64,000 nucleotides of DNA from Bigelowiella natans CCMP2755 (GCA_000320545.1 ADNK01002450.1:1-64000), one strand, 5' to 3'. Numbered from the stretch's first letter, positions 47,759 to 62,582 are shown. Notes: a model not told the origin generated them from the letters alone. Translations and numbers: made by a program.

Positions 47759-48875
47759 TTATACATACGTGTGCGCGCGCGCGCGTGTGTGTGTGTGTGT
47801 GTATTTCTTTACCTTTTCACATGTACCCCCCCGCCACGAACGAGTTTTCCCATCATGCATTATCTTATGGAAGATAAAACATTATGATTTTGGCAGATGG
47901 AGAAGTAATATTTCCGCATTCAAAGTACTTATAGCTATACAGACCCAGCTCGAGAGAAAAGCATGATACGAATCTACACAGTAATTTCAGGCCATGTTTG
48001 CATCACCTCTTTCGATGGTTGACAGCGCATTGATACATTAAACAAAGTTTGACGAACTAAAATTTCCGGACAGCAGTCTCGATCGTATTGATGCTACTTA
48101 GACTACACATTCCTACATATTTGTTCTGCCCACGTCGTTCAACAAAGCTGCGTGAATATACTTATTTGCACTTACGACGCGCCACATAACTTGTGTATCG
48201 GACGCGAGAAACCATGCTGGCATGCTCATGTGGTTTGGATCTGGCGATTTAGCTAGATTAGCGACGGCGGCAACCTTGAGTCACGCAACGTACTAGTGAT
48301 AGTCTAGCTTTTTGTGAAGCACATGCTGATGCATTTTCCACAAGTAATGCTACTGTGTAAAGGCTAGAATGGCTGCGCGCGCTCACTACTAGCCTAGTAG
48401 TGTCGCCTACAACATGAATGCTCTTCGCTACCTAGCTACTGACCAGCGCAGCAAAACAAACAAACTGTGAACAATCAGAATCCCACGAAGCTAGAACCTA
48501 GACACTGCCTGCTAGCCAGGGCTACATAGCATGCACATGATGGACACCATAAGACATTCGGGCACGCAGCACGTACAGCGTACAGCGTCGTCATGCGACG
48601 CGTAGCGTAGACGCAATGTGTGACAAGTTTTTGTTTGCAAGCTATAGCAAGATGCCAGCTCACACCTAGCTTAGGTAGACCCTAATAAGCGTGCGCAGTG
48701 CCAAAGTGGCGCGTTTTACGTGCAACACACCGGCCGGGTGATTGCTGACAAATGGGATCTCTAGCTAGCAGATCTCACGCGCGACCTATACCTACGACAA
48801 TCCCTAGCTACCCTATTTACATCTTTTAATAATGGTGCCAATATTAATGTACATACCAGGCTTATTGCGTAGCTT

Positions 48876-50378
48876 TTAGATGCGCATCCTAGGGAGACGG
48901 CGGGACTCTTGCGAAGGTGACGGAGACGATGAGGACGAGGGGGGCGGTGAAGATTGCGAGATTATGCTGGGCGTCTGCCTTCGAGCTGCCCTGTGACGTT
49001 TATCTTTTTTCTTGCTCCTAGAGGTCTGCTTTACTCTCTTTTGGTCTCCAGTCCTCAACCTGGCTACTGCCGATGAAATCGAGCGCTTCGATTTGTAGCT
49101 TGGGCGAGATTTCCGTTGTATTCTGTCGTTGTCTACTGCTGGCAGCTCTATAGCGCCGAATATCGGCTGTTCTGGAGAGTCGCTACTAATCTTTTGGCCA
49201 TTCCCAACTCTCACTGCTATTGGCTTCCTGTACCTTAGAGAGCGTCTCTCCTGAGTTGGAAACCGCGGCGAAGAGGTGTTTCCGGCACGCAAGAGCTCAG
49301 GCTCAAACGTGGACTTGACAGAAGGTTTTTCACTTCGTACGGGGCTAGAGTCTCTGGATACTCTGGGACTTGGAGGGCCCATGCTTACCATACGCGCTGA
49401 TGCTTCCTCTCGTTGCTTCGATTTCCGTGCATTCTCAGCACCTAGTGCCGAGAGATATATGGACCTTCGAGTGCTTGAAACCCTCCCAGATGACGCCTAT
49501 TGTTCAAACAGCGGAACCCATTCAAACATTCATTGGAGGAGGCGCGCCTTGTCAGTATGTTATCATGAATATATATCTACAAAACGAACTCTGTTTGGTT
49601 TCAATAAGATCGAGGTATTATCTTCACGTAGAGACTTACATGGCGAGGAGGGGTTTCACGCAGAGTCTTACATGGCGAGGAGGGGGGGAGGGCGAAGGGG
49701 GGGGGGATGGGAGATTCGCATGTGCGTCTATGCAGCAAAAAAATAACAACTATTAAAGAGAGCATACAGTGGCCCCCATCCGCTTCGATTGTCGCATCCA
49801 TTTCGCTCCAAGACCTCGAGACGACTCTGAGACCGATAACCAGCTTTAGCCATCGTTGCATAACAGAATACATGCTACTACTACTACTACTAGCACACGC
49901 GCAAAGAGGCCCGCACATGCGAGATACACAACGATAACATAGCGAGGCCGGCTTATGGAGAATTAGCATCCTCGTCACATTAGCACAGAAGACCCCTGCA
50001 CGATTCAAGATCGCTTTTCACCATTACTGAGCGACTTGGTTTTTAAAAAAATAATAAAAAAAGCACACGTTTCTCCCACCTTGGCTAAACTGAGACGTGT
50101 TTGGCTGCTGCAAGATTGTCCCTGAAACTATGGGAAGTGCAGAAGCTCGACGTCCAGACGGTGTTTTCCTGGCGATAAAGTACAAAATGCACTTTATGTA
50201 TACGCGACGATTTGAAGGGCACTTATTGTCGTTGGGGGGTAAAAAGCAGAAAATAGAAGATTTTGCTGCCTAGAAAGCTAAATACTAGGGCTTTTGGCTT
50301 TAGGTATATTCTTACGAATGCGAACGAATACGTACAACCCCCTCCCTCCAACGAAAGCACACACACACACACATACAA

Positions 50379-50419
<41 letters not shown>

Positions 50420-51900
50420 CATAGTTGCTGTATAGACGTAATGCACACATGATAAACATATGACAAATAGCAAGCTCTATCAATCGCAGCATCCGTTCTT
50501 ATCATTTCCCTGATCTAAACACACGCACCTTTCATCCATATTCGTTATTACGCCGCAGACGGGAGGCCTATGAACAGATACGAGGAGAATCATCTTTTAA
50601 ACAACACGTAGTCACCAAAATCGGGGAACTTAACCTATAGTATAAGGCTGCTGAAGCTGAACATCGTACATGCTATTCTTGACAACTAACCGACTAGAGA
50701 TATCCACACTTTCTCCTGCTCTTACTCTCTTCGCCATACCGTACACACGACTATGGCTCTCAACCGCATTTGCAATGTTTCTTGTTTTCCCCGATGCCCA
50801 CTGCCAATTTCCACCCCATAGACGCAATGGCACAACAGACGCATTTGCCTCTTATCCCACAACACATCGTCCCACAAACTGCAGTGCATGAGCAGTAACC
50901 CTACCCGATAGAGAGCGCTGAAGAAAGAGGCGCATTTGAAGTGGCGGCAAAGGAGGCCATCAACCTCGGACTTTCAATAGAGGAATTTCGTCGAGATCCC
51001 ATTGCATCACCACCTATGCTTTCAACTCGAAGCGACCGTGTATTGGCTCTTAGGGATGGTTGCGTCTCTAGAGCTTTCACGCTAGTTGGATCACCTAAGC
51101 TCCTATGTGACAGCAGCGGGGAATTTCTTGGTGATGGCGTCGGGGTAAATCTGATGAAATAAAACGATTATTTGGGTCGTTGCTTCATCCTCAGGTAGTG
51201 CTGGTGTTTAAAGATTAATCAAGACTATGCCTATTCTTAATTGGCAATGCTTGGGCAACGATATCTCAACGAGTATAGCGGGGCAAAATTAACAAAGATT
51301 TGAGGGGTAGTCGGAGGTGCTACCTAGACAAGTATTGCTCGGTCGCCAATCGAAGCGATCGAACGGAATCTGACTTCATATTGCGCTTAGTCTCTGCGTC
51401 AACCGTGAAGCCTGGCATTTTACCCAAAAAAGAACGCTATTACTTCCGCTGCGTAACAGGAGTGACGAGCTGAATGATGTATTGCTAACGAATGTCCAAA
51501 GGGGGGGGGCGGATCTCCTGATGGTCAGTGTTTTCGTAGTAGAAGTACCGATTGTGATGAAGCAGCTTGTTTTGTGGACAAACTGCAGCTCACGATCAAT
51601 GTCCTCATCAGAATCCACAACCAAGTCGTTGATATCATGAATAACGAAGCCCAGCTTTACATCGTCCGCAGCCTGGGAATCTAGACAGAAGATGCAAAAC
51701 ACATTCCTCACTGCATGCGCGTTGAGAGCTGAATCGGATTCAAGTGCGGAATTTTGAGCTTTGTCTGAGGAGAGCACCCCCGCCTCTTCGCACCCAGAAT
51801 TACTTCCGAATCGCACCTCATGGCAAGCGATTTGGGATTGGTACACTTCGTGCTGTAAAGAATCCCCCTCTCTCTCTCCGTCGCAACGTTTACGTTCGCA

Positions 51901-51943
<43 letters not shown>

Positions 51944-52749
51944 AGTGCTACTGTCATACGTCAGTGGCTGCAGCGCACGCGCGTGTGTTCTCGTACCTTT
52001 CTCAATCAAAACGACGCGTTTACCAAAGAAGTAAAACCCGATTTTCCCAGTCATAAAACGGATGCGAACAGTCGAATTTTGCGGAGGCTTGGCGGAGTCT
52101 TTGCCTTGAATAAACAAGCATACGGTTTAAGAACGGTGCCGTGCTGGGGTGCTTAATGCACATATCGGTCTACACCCCGCGCACTATACAAGTCTGCCCC
52201 TTACACATTCTGGTTTCTAGTGAAAGAGGCTGCGCGCCGGCTACTCGTAGGAAAGTCACGTGAAATGAATTGGAAATGAGATGGAAAGGATATTACCCCA
52301 AGCGGCACATAGACAGAATATCAGGAAAGGGGCAAAGAAGAAAATTTCCAGAGCCCTGAGAGAAAAGGGAAGATCATTAATCTTCCGTAAACTTGTGTAG
52401 GCAGCATCTTCATATTCATTCTCATGTGCTCGCATGCACTGGAAAAGCTCAAATCTGCTTTCGCTTACTCTCAGCTTTGGAAATAATTATAAGCCCGAAA
52501 TATCTATGAATATTGTTGAGTTTGCGGTAAGGCCATTATCATGGCATCGCGCATCTTCTTCACCATCAATATCATCATCACAATCATCGCTTTTCCCGCA
52601 TCGTATCCCTCTGCGCATAGAAAGCAGCCGAAAGCATGTGGAAGGCGAGACGCCATTTCTCTCTCACCAGAGCGTGAACATTCTCACAAAGAAGTCTTGA
52701 ATCAAAGTGAGTATACTGGACCACACCTAATAATAATCATAACACATGT

Positions 52750-52796
<47 letters not shown>

Positions 52797-53940
52797 CGTG
52801 TGTGTGTGTGTGTGTACTACATGCGACAGAAGGTTGATTGACACTGATCTAACCCTAATTTCGCCTAACTAAATGTGCCGATGCAAAATCTCATCTCAGC
52901 CGTCTAGAGCGTGCAAGTTAGACCAACCCAGTCCTCGGTCCTATTCTGCGCTTGGAGCGCGAGAACGGCCATCAGAAACCAGCAGCCGAGGGCGAAGACG
53001 CAGGAGAGGACAATTCCCACAATATCCCTCTTCGTGTAGTCGTGGTTTGTGGCGTTCTGTTCGATTAGCGACACACGTGGTTGAATCAGCAGAGATAACG
53101 AAAACTATGCAAGAGGCGCCGACTAGAAGCGTATTGCTGCCGAACGAAGCAAGCCGCACCGCAGCTGCTCAATACGACCTTCTCATCGCTTATCACGATG
53201 CAGCCGCAGCAGCTTTCCACCGGCCGCACCGGCTTGCTAGCCTTGTCAGCATCGCCCTCGTTGTCCTTCATGCTGTAGTACTCATCGGCGTCGTAGGGAG
53301 ACGGGGGAATCCCATGATGGCGAATGTTGGCGCTGAAGCCGAACCTCCGGCCAGTCTTCGAGTCCAATGGAATGCCTTTTTTTTAAAGGTAACTTTGAGA
53401 TGTGGACGTTGCGTCACGCAATAAATCAAGGGAGGATCGCTTAAAGAGCTACGGCTAATTGCGGCAAGCGACTGGGCTAACGACATCTGGGGGGGGGGGA
53501 TTGCCGTTGCTTCCAGGGCACAAGGCCTCGCAAATTATTGCTCAAAGGTATGGCTTGCGAAGCCGCCGGCGAGGGGAGAGGTGTTGGTAGCCGCATATCT
53601 TTCTCGAAACCCGATTGTAATTCAACCGCTTTGTTTTGAAATAAAAACTACCAGATCGGGTTGTGATGTATGCGCCCGCAGCTGCGGATATTGCGAAGAC
53701 GTTGTGGCGGCGGTCATGATGCTCGTTGTCCTTCCCTTCGTGATGCTGGTTTTCGTCAGCCTGCGTTTCGGGTTCGGGGGGGGGGGGGGGGGGGGGGGAG
53801 GGGAGGAAAGGGAGTGATAAACGAATCTGGGAAATAGACCATCGAGAATTCCTTTATTGTTAGTATTATAAGTATTATTCTCTTAGCAAAGTGTGTAAAG
53901 CAGATGTGTTCTTTAAGTTGACAATATCATCTTTATATAA

Positions 53941-53981
<41 letters not shown>

Positions 53982-54100
53982 TAATATATTCACATCCAGT
54001 AAACACAGACATTATCGGCCTCATTAGCATCGTCTCCCTCTTCATTGGCTTCAAAATCCATCTCGTCACCTAATTTGAAATATTTTGATAAATATATATG

Positions 54101-54156
<56 letters not shown>

Positions 54157-54273
54157 AGTACAAACAATATATAGGAACACCGTCGCAAAATCCACGGTAA
54201 ATGTACAGGCCTCACAACCCAAAAAATGCAAACGAATAGATTTATCAAAACAATCTCGAGGGATCACTGATAT

Positions 54274-54308
<35 letters not shown>

Positions 54309-54619
54309 CCATTTTCGCCCTCATATAAACATAATCCAAACCCCCGGCACCTGTGATGAGCTGTATCACCAGCCCGATAAGCCAACAATACTTCATCAGG
54401 AAACTCGTTGCACGGTGTCCATCGATGTGAAATAAGAAATCTTCGGGTTTGTCCCGGGCAAAAAACTTCCCGAACACCATAGGAACTGGGAGGGAGAAGA
54501 GGAGGGCGACGATTACGATGGACGCCTGACCCCCGATGAGTGGAAACGACTGCTGCTGACCTTTTGGATAAAACGCATGCACACAGAACGCGGATGAATA
54601 TAAAAGTATATACATATAA

Positions 54620-54657
<38 letters not shown>

Positions 54658-55039
54658 AATATGTATATATTGTATGTCTCCTTTCGGCGACTACATGTGC
54701 ACAATGATTGGAAAAACACATCCAGTGTTTCCTCCTACTCGTTTATTAGGCACTCAGCGTTAAAAGCACACGATTTCTGCCGAATCATGGCTGCACGCAT
54801 CAGCCGAATTCTCTAATGCGTGCGGTTTGCCAGAGTCAATTCAAACAGTTGGTACTAATTCTACTACTGCCGCTGCGGGTGTAGCGACCTTCAAGTAAGG
54901 AGCACACTGCTGACGCGTTGAAAAGCAGGATGAACACGACAGTCGCTCGCTTAAAGGAATTCATATAATCGCCTTCATGCCGAATGAAGATGGAGGTCCA
55001 GGTATGCTTTATTCTTCCCGCCCTAGCACACAGAGACAA

Positions 55040-55077
<38 letters not shown>

Positions 55078-55206
55078 AACATTTATACCCATATATTATA
55101 TTTGTATACATACAATATATACATACAATATATATATATATATATATATATATAGTATTTATAAATTAAGTATTCCTAGTCAAGAGACGTTTACCCTGCG
55201 CGTGCG

Positions 55207-55247
<41 letters not shown>

Positions 55248-58200
55248 TACGCACACCCCCCGTAATCTCCTTCACCTCGCATTCACGGGAAAAGTAACGT
55301 ACCATATTATTCGTTCCTTGACAATTTTCCACGAACGAGGTGTCTGCGTAAGTGTTTGCACCGAGAGATGGTTTTTCAGCTTCCAGAAATCGTCCGAGGC
55401 TTGCGGCAGAGCCCGGCGTAGATCGCGGTCTTTTTTGCACGAATACGCACCAACGGCCATGTAAATTAGGACGACGAAGAAGCAAAACAGCATGATCGGC
55501 TGATCCATTGCAAATGCCTCCGCTTTGATGTCCTCGGCTGATATCGTGTTGATGTTGACCTCGGCCTATTTTGTGTGGGGCAAAAGAATCAAAAGTTGGA
55601 AAGGGGCTTCACCAGAAGAAGGCGCTTTGGAAAAAAACTTTTTTGAAAAAAAAAATCCCTTTCGAAACACATCTGTCGCAGCACCACACACGTAGCTGCG
55701 CGGTGTCCTAAAATGAACCGTCGATAAGAAAAACGGGCGCCCCCTCCAATCTTAACCGCACAAACGCAGCAAGACCGAGAAAAGGGGAGGGGGCGGGCGG
55801 GAGAGAAACGAGGGAGGGGAGAGACAGCCAAAAAAAAAAGGCGCCGGCGCTTGCCAGATACACACATTGAAATCGGTGAGATGGTTCGTCAAGCACGTGA
55901 AGTTCTCCGGATAAATCGACTCTAGAAAGACCCCGTCCGTGGACCAATTTGCCCTCGCATCTTCCCAAAAGCGGCACTCCAGATCGTGGTACTGGCTCTG
56001 CGCATCATCGACGCGGAGGCCAGGCGGCAGCGGAAATCCAAGCGTGAAGTTCGTCGGTGCATTCGTGATATTCAGAACGACCCCCCCCCGCATTACGTCT
56101 ATGGACAGCAGTCCGGAGGCGCCGCCCGAGCTTCCGAGAGGGGGGGGCTGCGCGGGATAATTGGACAATTTCTTAAAACCAACACGGATACCGATGCTGG
56201 CACCTGCTGCAACGAGGCCTGCAGGCAAGGCCCCGAGCCTCACAAAGGCGTCCTGGCTCTCGACGGGTATTACATTGTCATCAAACGCCGTTACGGAGAC
56301 TTTCGCAACGACGAGAGCAGCCCCAGGAACCGCGATCTGTCAAGATGTTGGCCATTAGTGAGCTATTAGTAACAGTGTGCCGCAAACAAGTGATTCATGC
56401 ATGAGATATGTCCACAGACACCGCTTTGTCCCGCCCGCCTCCCCCCCCCCCCAATACGTTTCAAACAGATTCTAGAAGCTATCTCGCATTTAGGACCTCC
56501 ACAGGATCCTCATCGACGGTGAGGTCTTTCAGTAGCCGTTCCGTCATCATGAGCGACATATTTCGCGAGAATTCATTGAGCTCCTCCCATTCCCGCTCGG
56601 AATAACCGCTAGGATTTCCAGTCAATGAGTCGAATATCTTGTCTACAGAGTCCAGAGTCGAGCGCAGCGATGGGACGTCAAAGTCGTCTGGGGCTTGCCG
56701 CAGCAGCCGTGACAGCATACCGGCACCAAGATCTCGAGCAGAAGAGCTGATTTCCTCCGGAGACGAGTAAGAATAGACCGTCGCGCACAGCCCTGTCAGC
56801 GAAGACACCAACGACGATTTGCCGGCTACTTTATCGATTCCCGTGCTAAGAAGGTTTAGATTGCTGGCCAGTTGGTCAACGGCCTCAACCTTATCTTCCA
56901 ACAGCAGCGGCTCAACCGGCACTGGCGACGATGGCGATGACGAAAGAGGAATACGCAACGCAGCCGCGACCCCCTGGATCATCACTGCCGCCGTCATCAC
57001 ATCCCCGCTTTCCACTAAGTCATCCGTTATCGTATTCAACCTCCTGACGTCTGCTACTGAGAGTGCCTGCGGCTCAACCTCGACGGAGAACGAATACATG
57101 CTGTATTCCCCGAGAGAGTCAGCTATGGAGGCGGAGATATCGAGCCTGGTACTGTTCACGGGGGGGGCTGGGAGGAGCGTGGGGAAGATCGGAAAGGCCT
57201 GCCCGAAAGACAGCTTCACGAAGATTCCACCGGCGTCTTTCCGCGAGAATTCGTACGCCAATGGAAGATCCACATCCTCCCATCCTCTGCATTCTAGACT
57301 GAATATCGTCAAAAGAGCGACGCCACTCGAGGGGTTAGCACCGCACGTGCCTAATACTGGCGGCCCATTGGTTCGGAACTCGATTATCGCTGCGAGCATG
57401 AATAAAAGCGAGAATGTAAACGTAGCGAACCAGACAAGGGGGGGGGGGGGGGGAGACAGTAGGAGGGGTTTTGCAGCGCGGAATACTACATTAGATAATA
57501 GGACAAGAACGACTTAACAGTACGTCAAAATAAGAGCGGAAATGAAAGCGATAAAGGCCATTGCACGTGCCACAGCACATCTCAAATCTCTCGCGAAATG
57601 CAGCAGAGAGGCTGCATTCGCTCTATTTCACCAACAATGCTCGCTCGCGGGCCGAAAATAGCCAACAGCATACAACGTAAAGAGATGGCCGTAACGAAGC
57701 TACTACTTACCCGATCCAACCGAGGAGTCTTCGATACTCACGGCCTGAATACGAAATCCAAACAACGCATTGGTTGTCAATGCATCGGCACTTATCACCA
57801 ACTCTAAGTTGTTTTGCGGCTCGTTGGCTAGCAAGCTGCGGTCGTTGACGGCGAAGTTCCCGGAGTCGCAGGTCCACGTGAGCTGCACGCTCGAAGCGTT
57901 GTAATTTAGAAGCGTAGCGCTCAGAGTGAGGCGCTCCTGCGTGGAATACTTTGGAGAATACGGGGACTGAACTTGCATCTTTAAGAGAGGAATCTCCTTA
58001 TCGCTGACGTATATCCACTGTACAGCCTGTGCAGTGCGAATTTGCCCCCCGATCGTCTCCCCTTGTACTGTAACGCGCACCAGATAACTGGTATTCTGGG
58101 CGAACCCACCTGTATCAACAACATGAACCCCTGGATTCGTCGCGGAGGCGGCCCCGTTGAGAAAAACCGTGCCGCCGTGCGCGTCCAAGAACTCCCAGGA

Positions 58201-61200
58201 ATACTGCAGGATGGCGGATTCGTTGGCCGGGTCGAACGAGCGCGAGGCGTCGAATTCGTAGGTAAAGCCTGGGACCGAGACCATCGACAATGTGTCTCCT
58301 CCCGCCAGAATCGCCACGACGGGCTCCATCTGCACAAAGACGCTGAACCTTGTCGCGACCTCGCCGGTGTAGGTGCCATTGAGGAAGCTCCTTGCCGTCT
58401 GCACGAAGTTGTACGTCTCGCCCATCCTCAGCGTGTTCGCAGGGATAGCAAGGTAGGTTTGATTCGGCGCTGCGATCTGCACAGAGCCGTGCGAAGAGAC
58501 GTTGGAGACGTCGGCCCATCGAGACGTGTATGTAAAAACACCGGCCAAAAACGAAGAGGTGTTGCATGCGGGAGGGGTTACTCTGGGCGATATTTGCAGC
58601 AAATCACGGCGCCTAATCGTCATATCAGTGCTCCCCTGCAACTGAACGACTGGGAATGACCCCAGCACCCTGTTGAACGTGAATATCGAGAAGTCGCTCG
58701 CGTTTTGCCAATTCGTCAGCTCGATTCGTAGCGAGTACGATCGGCCAGGCAAGAAATAGTCGGAAGATAAAACCACAGTCTCGTTTGCCCTTGAAATCCT
58801 CGTCGACACGCCCGCGGGGAGAGGTGCAGATGACGCGTTGAGATAAGTCCAAGAATACTGAAATGGCTTGCCCCCCCTCCCCATCGACTCGGCGACGGAG
58901 ATCGTCAGGCTTTCGCAAGGGCCGACCTTCGTTCGACTTTTGACGATGACAGTCGGCCGGAGGGGCGCGATAGGGGGGAGAAGGGCGAGCGTTTTGCCTG
59001 CCACAAGCACTGTATTTCCAGGGTCAGAGACGACTCCGGGAAGGAGCGTGATCGACGAGGACGCAGCAGCCGTAAAACCAGCACCCAACCCGACAACAAG
59101 GAGGTCGACCTGGGCCCACACGCACGTTGGATTTTCGCCGAAAATGGCAAGCGTGTCCTTGCTAAAATAGCCGCTGCACGGCAGGCTGGGGACGGACGTC
59201 GGGAGCGCGAACCTGCAATTGATGCGCACGAGCGAGTCGTCCATCCGCGCCGATTTGAACACCAGCAAGGTCGGAACGGGCGCCGCGGTGGTTGGGGCGC
59301 ACGAGGACGGCGAACACGTTGTCGGCGTGCAGGAGGGGTTGGCAGTAGTGGGACTTAGAGAGCTCGGGGAGAGGGAGGTCGGAGCTTGGCTGGTAGGCGC
59401 ACATGACGAAGGGCTTGTGGTGGAGGGGCTGAGCGACGTCGGGGAGAGTGTGGTAGGCCCGCAAGTAGTCGGGCTCACGGAGGTTGGGGAGAGAGAGGTA
59501 GGCGCCAGGCTCGATGGCGAGCACGTGGAGGGGCTCATGGTCGACGGGCTTGAGGACGTCGGAGCGCAAGTAGAGGGGGAAAGCGACGTGGGGGAGAGGG
59601 AGGTGGGCGCTGAAGAGGACGGCGAGTTCGTGCTCGGGGCCAACGTCGTCGGAGAGCATGAGGGGGATACTGAGGTGGGGGCGCAGCTGGTAGGGGAGGA
59701 GGAGGGGGCAGCTGTCGCGTACGCTCTTAGCGCTCGAATTCGGAAGTTTTGATGATCTGCCATGTAGATGACGCGACCCCCATCGACGTCGGCGACGGAT
59801 ATATCAAAAATGGTGTTGAAGACTGCCGTGGACGCAGCGCCGTCCTCGGCGAAGTACGCCCTTACAGGAGAATATGTCGTGGGGGAGGGGGTTGCAGGCG
59901 CCGTGGTAGGGTGCTCGGTAGCTGGCGCGAGAGTGGTGTGAGTGGGGGCGTTTGTTAGCGGCGACAGCGTCGTGGGGCTCACCGTCGGCGATTCCGTTGT
60001 TGGTGTCTTTGTGACTGATGGCGATGTGCTCGGGGCGTTTGTTATCGGGGTATCAGTGCTCGGGCTGAGAGAGGGTGACGATGTGCTGGGTGCGCTTGTC
60101 ACAGGCGTGCCCGTTGTCGGAGCTGCAGTAGCGGGGCTCAGAGAGGGCGACGACGACGATGACACATTGCCAACGGCGACGGGGCTGCCAGAGGGCGCGG
60201 TTGTGATTGGACACTGAGACGAAGGCGAGTGCGTTTGTGGCGAAGCAGAAGGCGACGCCGTCGGTGAGTCCGACGGAGCCGCGGTTTGGGGTGACCCCGA
60301 AGGCAGCTTGGACGGTGAAGCCGACGGGGCAGCCGTTGTCGGGCTGTGCGTTGTGGCCGTCGGAGCGCTCGTCTGGGGAGAGCCTGTGATGATGGAGTTT
60401 ACGACCTGCGCAGCCATGTCCACAGTGCGCAGCCTATATATGTCGCTGGCGAAGTAGAGGATAGGAGGAGACGCGTATGGGTCGCACGACACGCTATGCA
60501 CGTGCCCGAGGAGAGCGCTGCTGATTGGACCGTCTCGATAGCCTGTTGTCCCCGGGATTCCCGCCACGAGCGACACCCTCATATCGGTGAGGTTCAGGGC
60601 GCGGATCGTTGACCCGTGCGAGCCCGTGAAGGCGGAGATGAAGAGCGAGTCGGTGTCTTTGTGGAAGGCAATCGAGACTGGGTAGGCGATCTTCGCGGCG
60701 GCGGAGGCGCCGTCTCGGTGGCCGACGGTGCCATCCCCTGCGATCGACAAGACGGTGAGGTTGGAGAGAATCAGCGCGCGGATTCGGTGGGCGTCCGCGT
60801 CCGCGACAAAGACGCGGCGCGACTCGTCGTTAGCGTTTAAGTCCACTGCTACATCGGTTGGGCGCTGATAGCGCGCGCTGGTGGAACTCCCGTCGGCGAA
60901 GCCGCAAGCGCCTCCCGACACCTATAATTTATTGCAGTTGGGGAGTTGTATGTATGGGGGGGGGGGGCATGGAGGCGTTCGTTAGCGTGAATATCAGCAA
61001 GGTATCGGCACTGCGTGCTTGTTTCTATCCATAGTTGAATAAGAGAGAGGCACTAACCGTTTCAGTCTCGTTGGTCAATGCACTAAAGCGTCGTATCCTG
61101 CAATTTCCTGAGTCCGCAATGTACAGATCCAGTGGCAGGGTAGAGGACGACTCCCAACGGCCAACGGCCATGCCTGTCGATCATTGCAATACATCAGCAC

Positions 61201-61227
61201 TTTTCCGAAACAACTACCCAGTACTAC

Positions 61228-61271
<44 letters not shown>

Positions 61272-61526
61272 TTGAGAGAGAGTAAAACTATAAAAGGGAT
61301 ACGCGAGGCCTGGCCACAAATAACGAATCTTACAATTAGCGTATCGTTTTGTTGATATCCCGGGAATATCTGTAGTAGGAGGCTCCAATTGACCTGTTGG
61401 GGTGTTGAATTTCGCCGTCGGCGAAGAACCATCCACCGCTCCTGTACTGTTACATACCTGTGGTGTTTGCAATTAAAACGCAGAACCTTATGCGCGAAAC
61501 TGTGCATATCTGGATTATAAATTACA

Positions 61527-61575
<49 letters not shown>

Positions 61576-62126
61576 ATGTGTGTGTAAATATTTATGTGCA
61601 CACGAGAAAGTCCTCTGTTCCGAATATTACAGATTTATTCATTTCGGCTACGAGATACACACATACCCCTGTAAGATTGCCCTCGACGCTGTCCGACACA
61701 ATGTACGTCACGCAGTCGTTCTGCAAGAATTTCACACGGCAAAGAACCCACGCCGCACGCACATCGCGATCGTGAGCACGCATTTTGCACACTCAAACAC
61801 GCATGGAAGAATCGTCCGTGGATCGTCTGCGGGGGGTGGGCATGTACATTAATAGATAATCACACAAAGCTGTCCATACCCATGAGATGTAAAGCGTCTT
61901 CTTTGCGCGGTCAAACACCAGGCCCCGAGGCTTCCAAGGGCTATCAAATCGGATGTGCGTCGTAAGGAATAGATTTACAGACATCATAATACTCGTTAGA
62001 GGTTCATCGCCCTATCATCGGTGCTGTGTTGTTAGCATGCATTCTTCTTGTGTTAGCTTTGGAAACAGAGTGAAAAGTATATCTCTCGCGAATATACATA
62101 CATATATAAATAAATATATGTTTATA

Positions 62127-62164
<38 letters not shown>

Positions 62165-62433
62165 CGTTCTGTATGAAGCAAAACTAGCTCAATGGTGATA
62201 ATGGTTAACGTACTGGTGTCGTTGCAGTAAGGTCCCAACATACGTGAAGTTTCCTTCAAGATCATCCGCTGAAATGAGCACACAGTATTACATATTTGTA
62301 GTCAGAGATTTAAAGTATTGTATTGAAAAATGCTAATTCTCATCAATCCACGCAGATTTGAATACTTACGATATATTACGTTGAAAAGACTGCATTTTGT
62401 CTTCCAGAAAATACCAAAAAATATTTTTTTGCA

Positions 62434-62473
<40 letters not shown>

Positions 62474-62582
62474 ATACACACACACACACACACACACAGA
62501 GAGACAGACAGACAGATAGACACACACGCGCGCGCACGGACACAGATAGATACATAGATAAAGAGGGAGAAAGAGAGGGAGA

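Noticed and set aside
52849-52859. Telomere-like CTAACCCTAA (also near 1021-1075)
   Set aside because: Fewer than two full units; compatible with chance or a branch-point-like sequence.
54066-55297. ORFs with HTHT, YIYI, CVCV or RERE runs
   Set aside because: Translations of intronic dinucleotide microsatellites, not proteins.
59270-60400. CRISPR-like array or satellite DNA
   Set aside because: The degenerate ~15-bp periodicity reflects in-frame Ser/Pro/Thr peptide repeats. There are no identical repeats with unique spacers and the context is eukaryotic.
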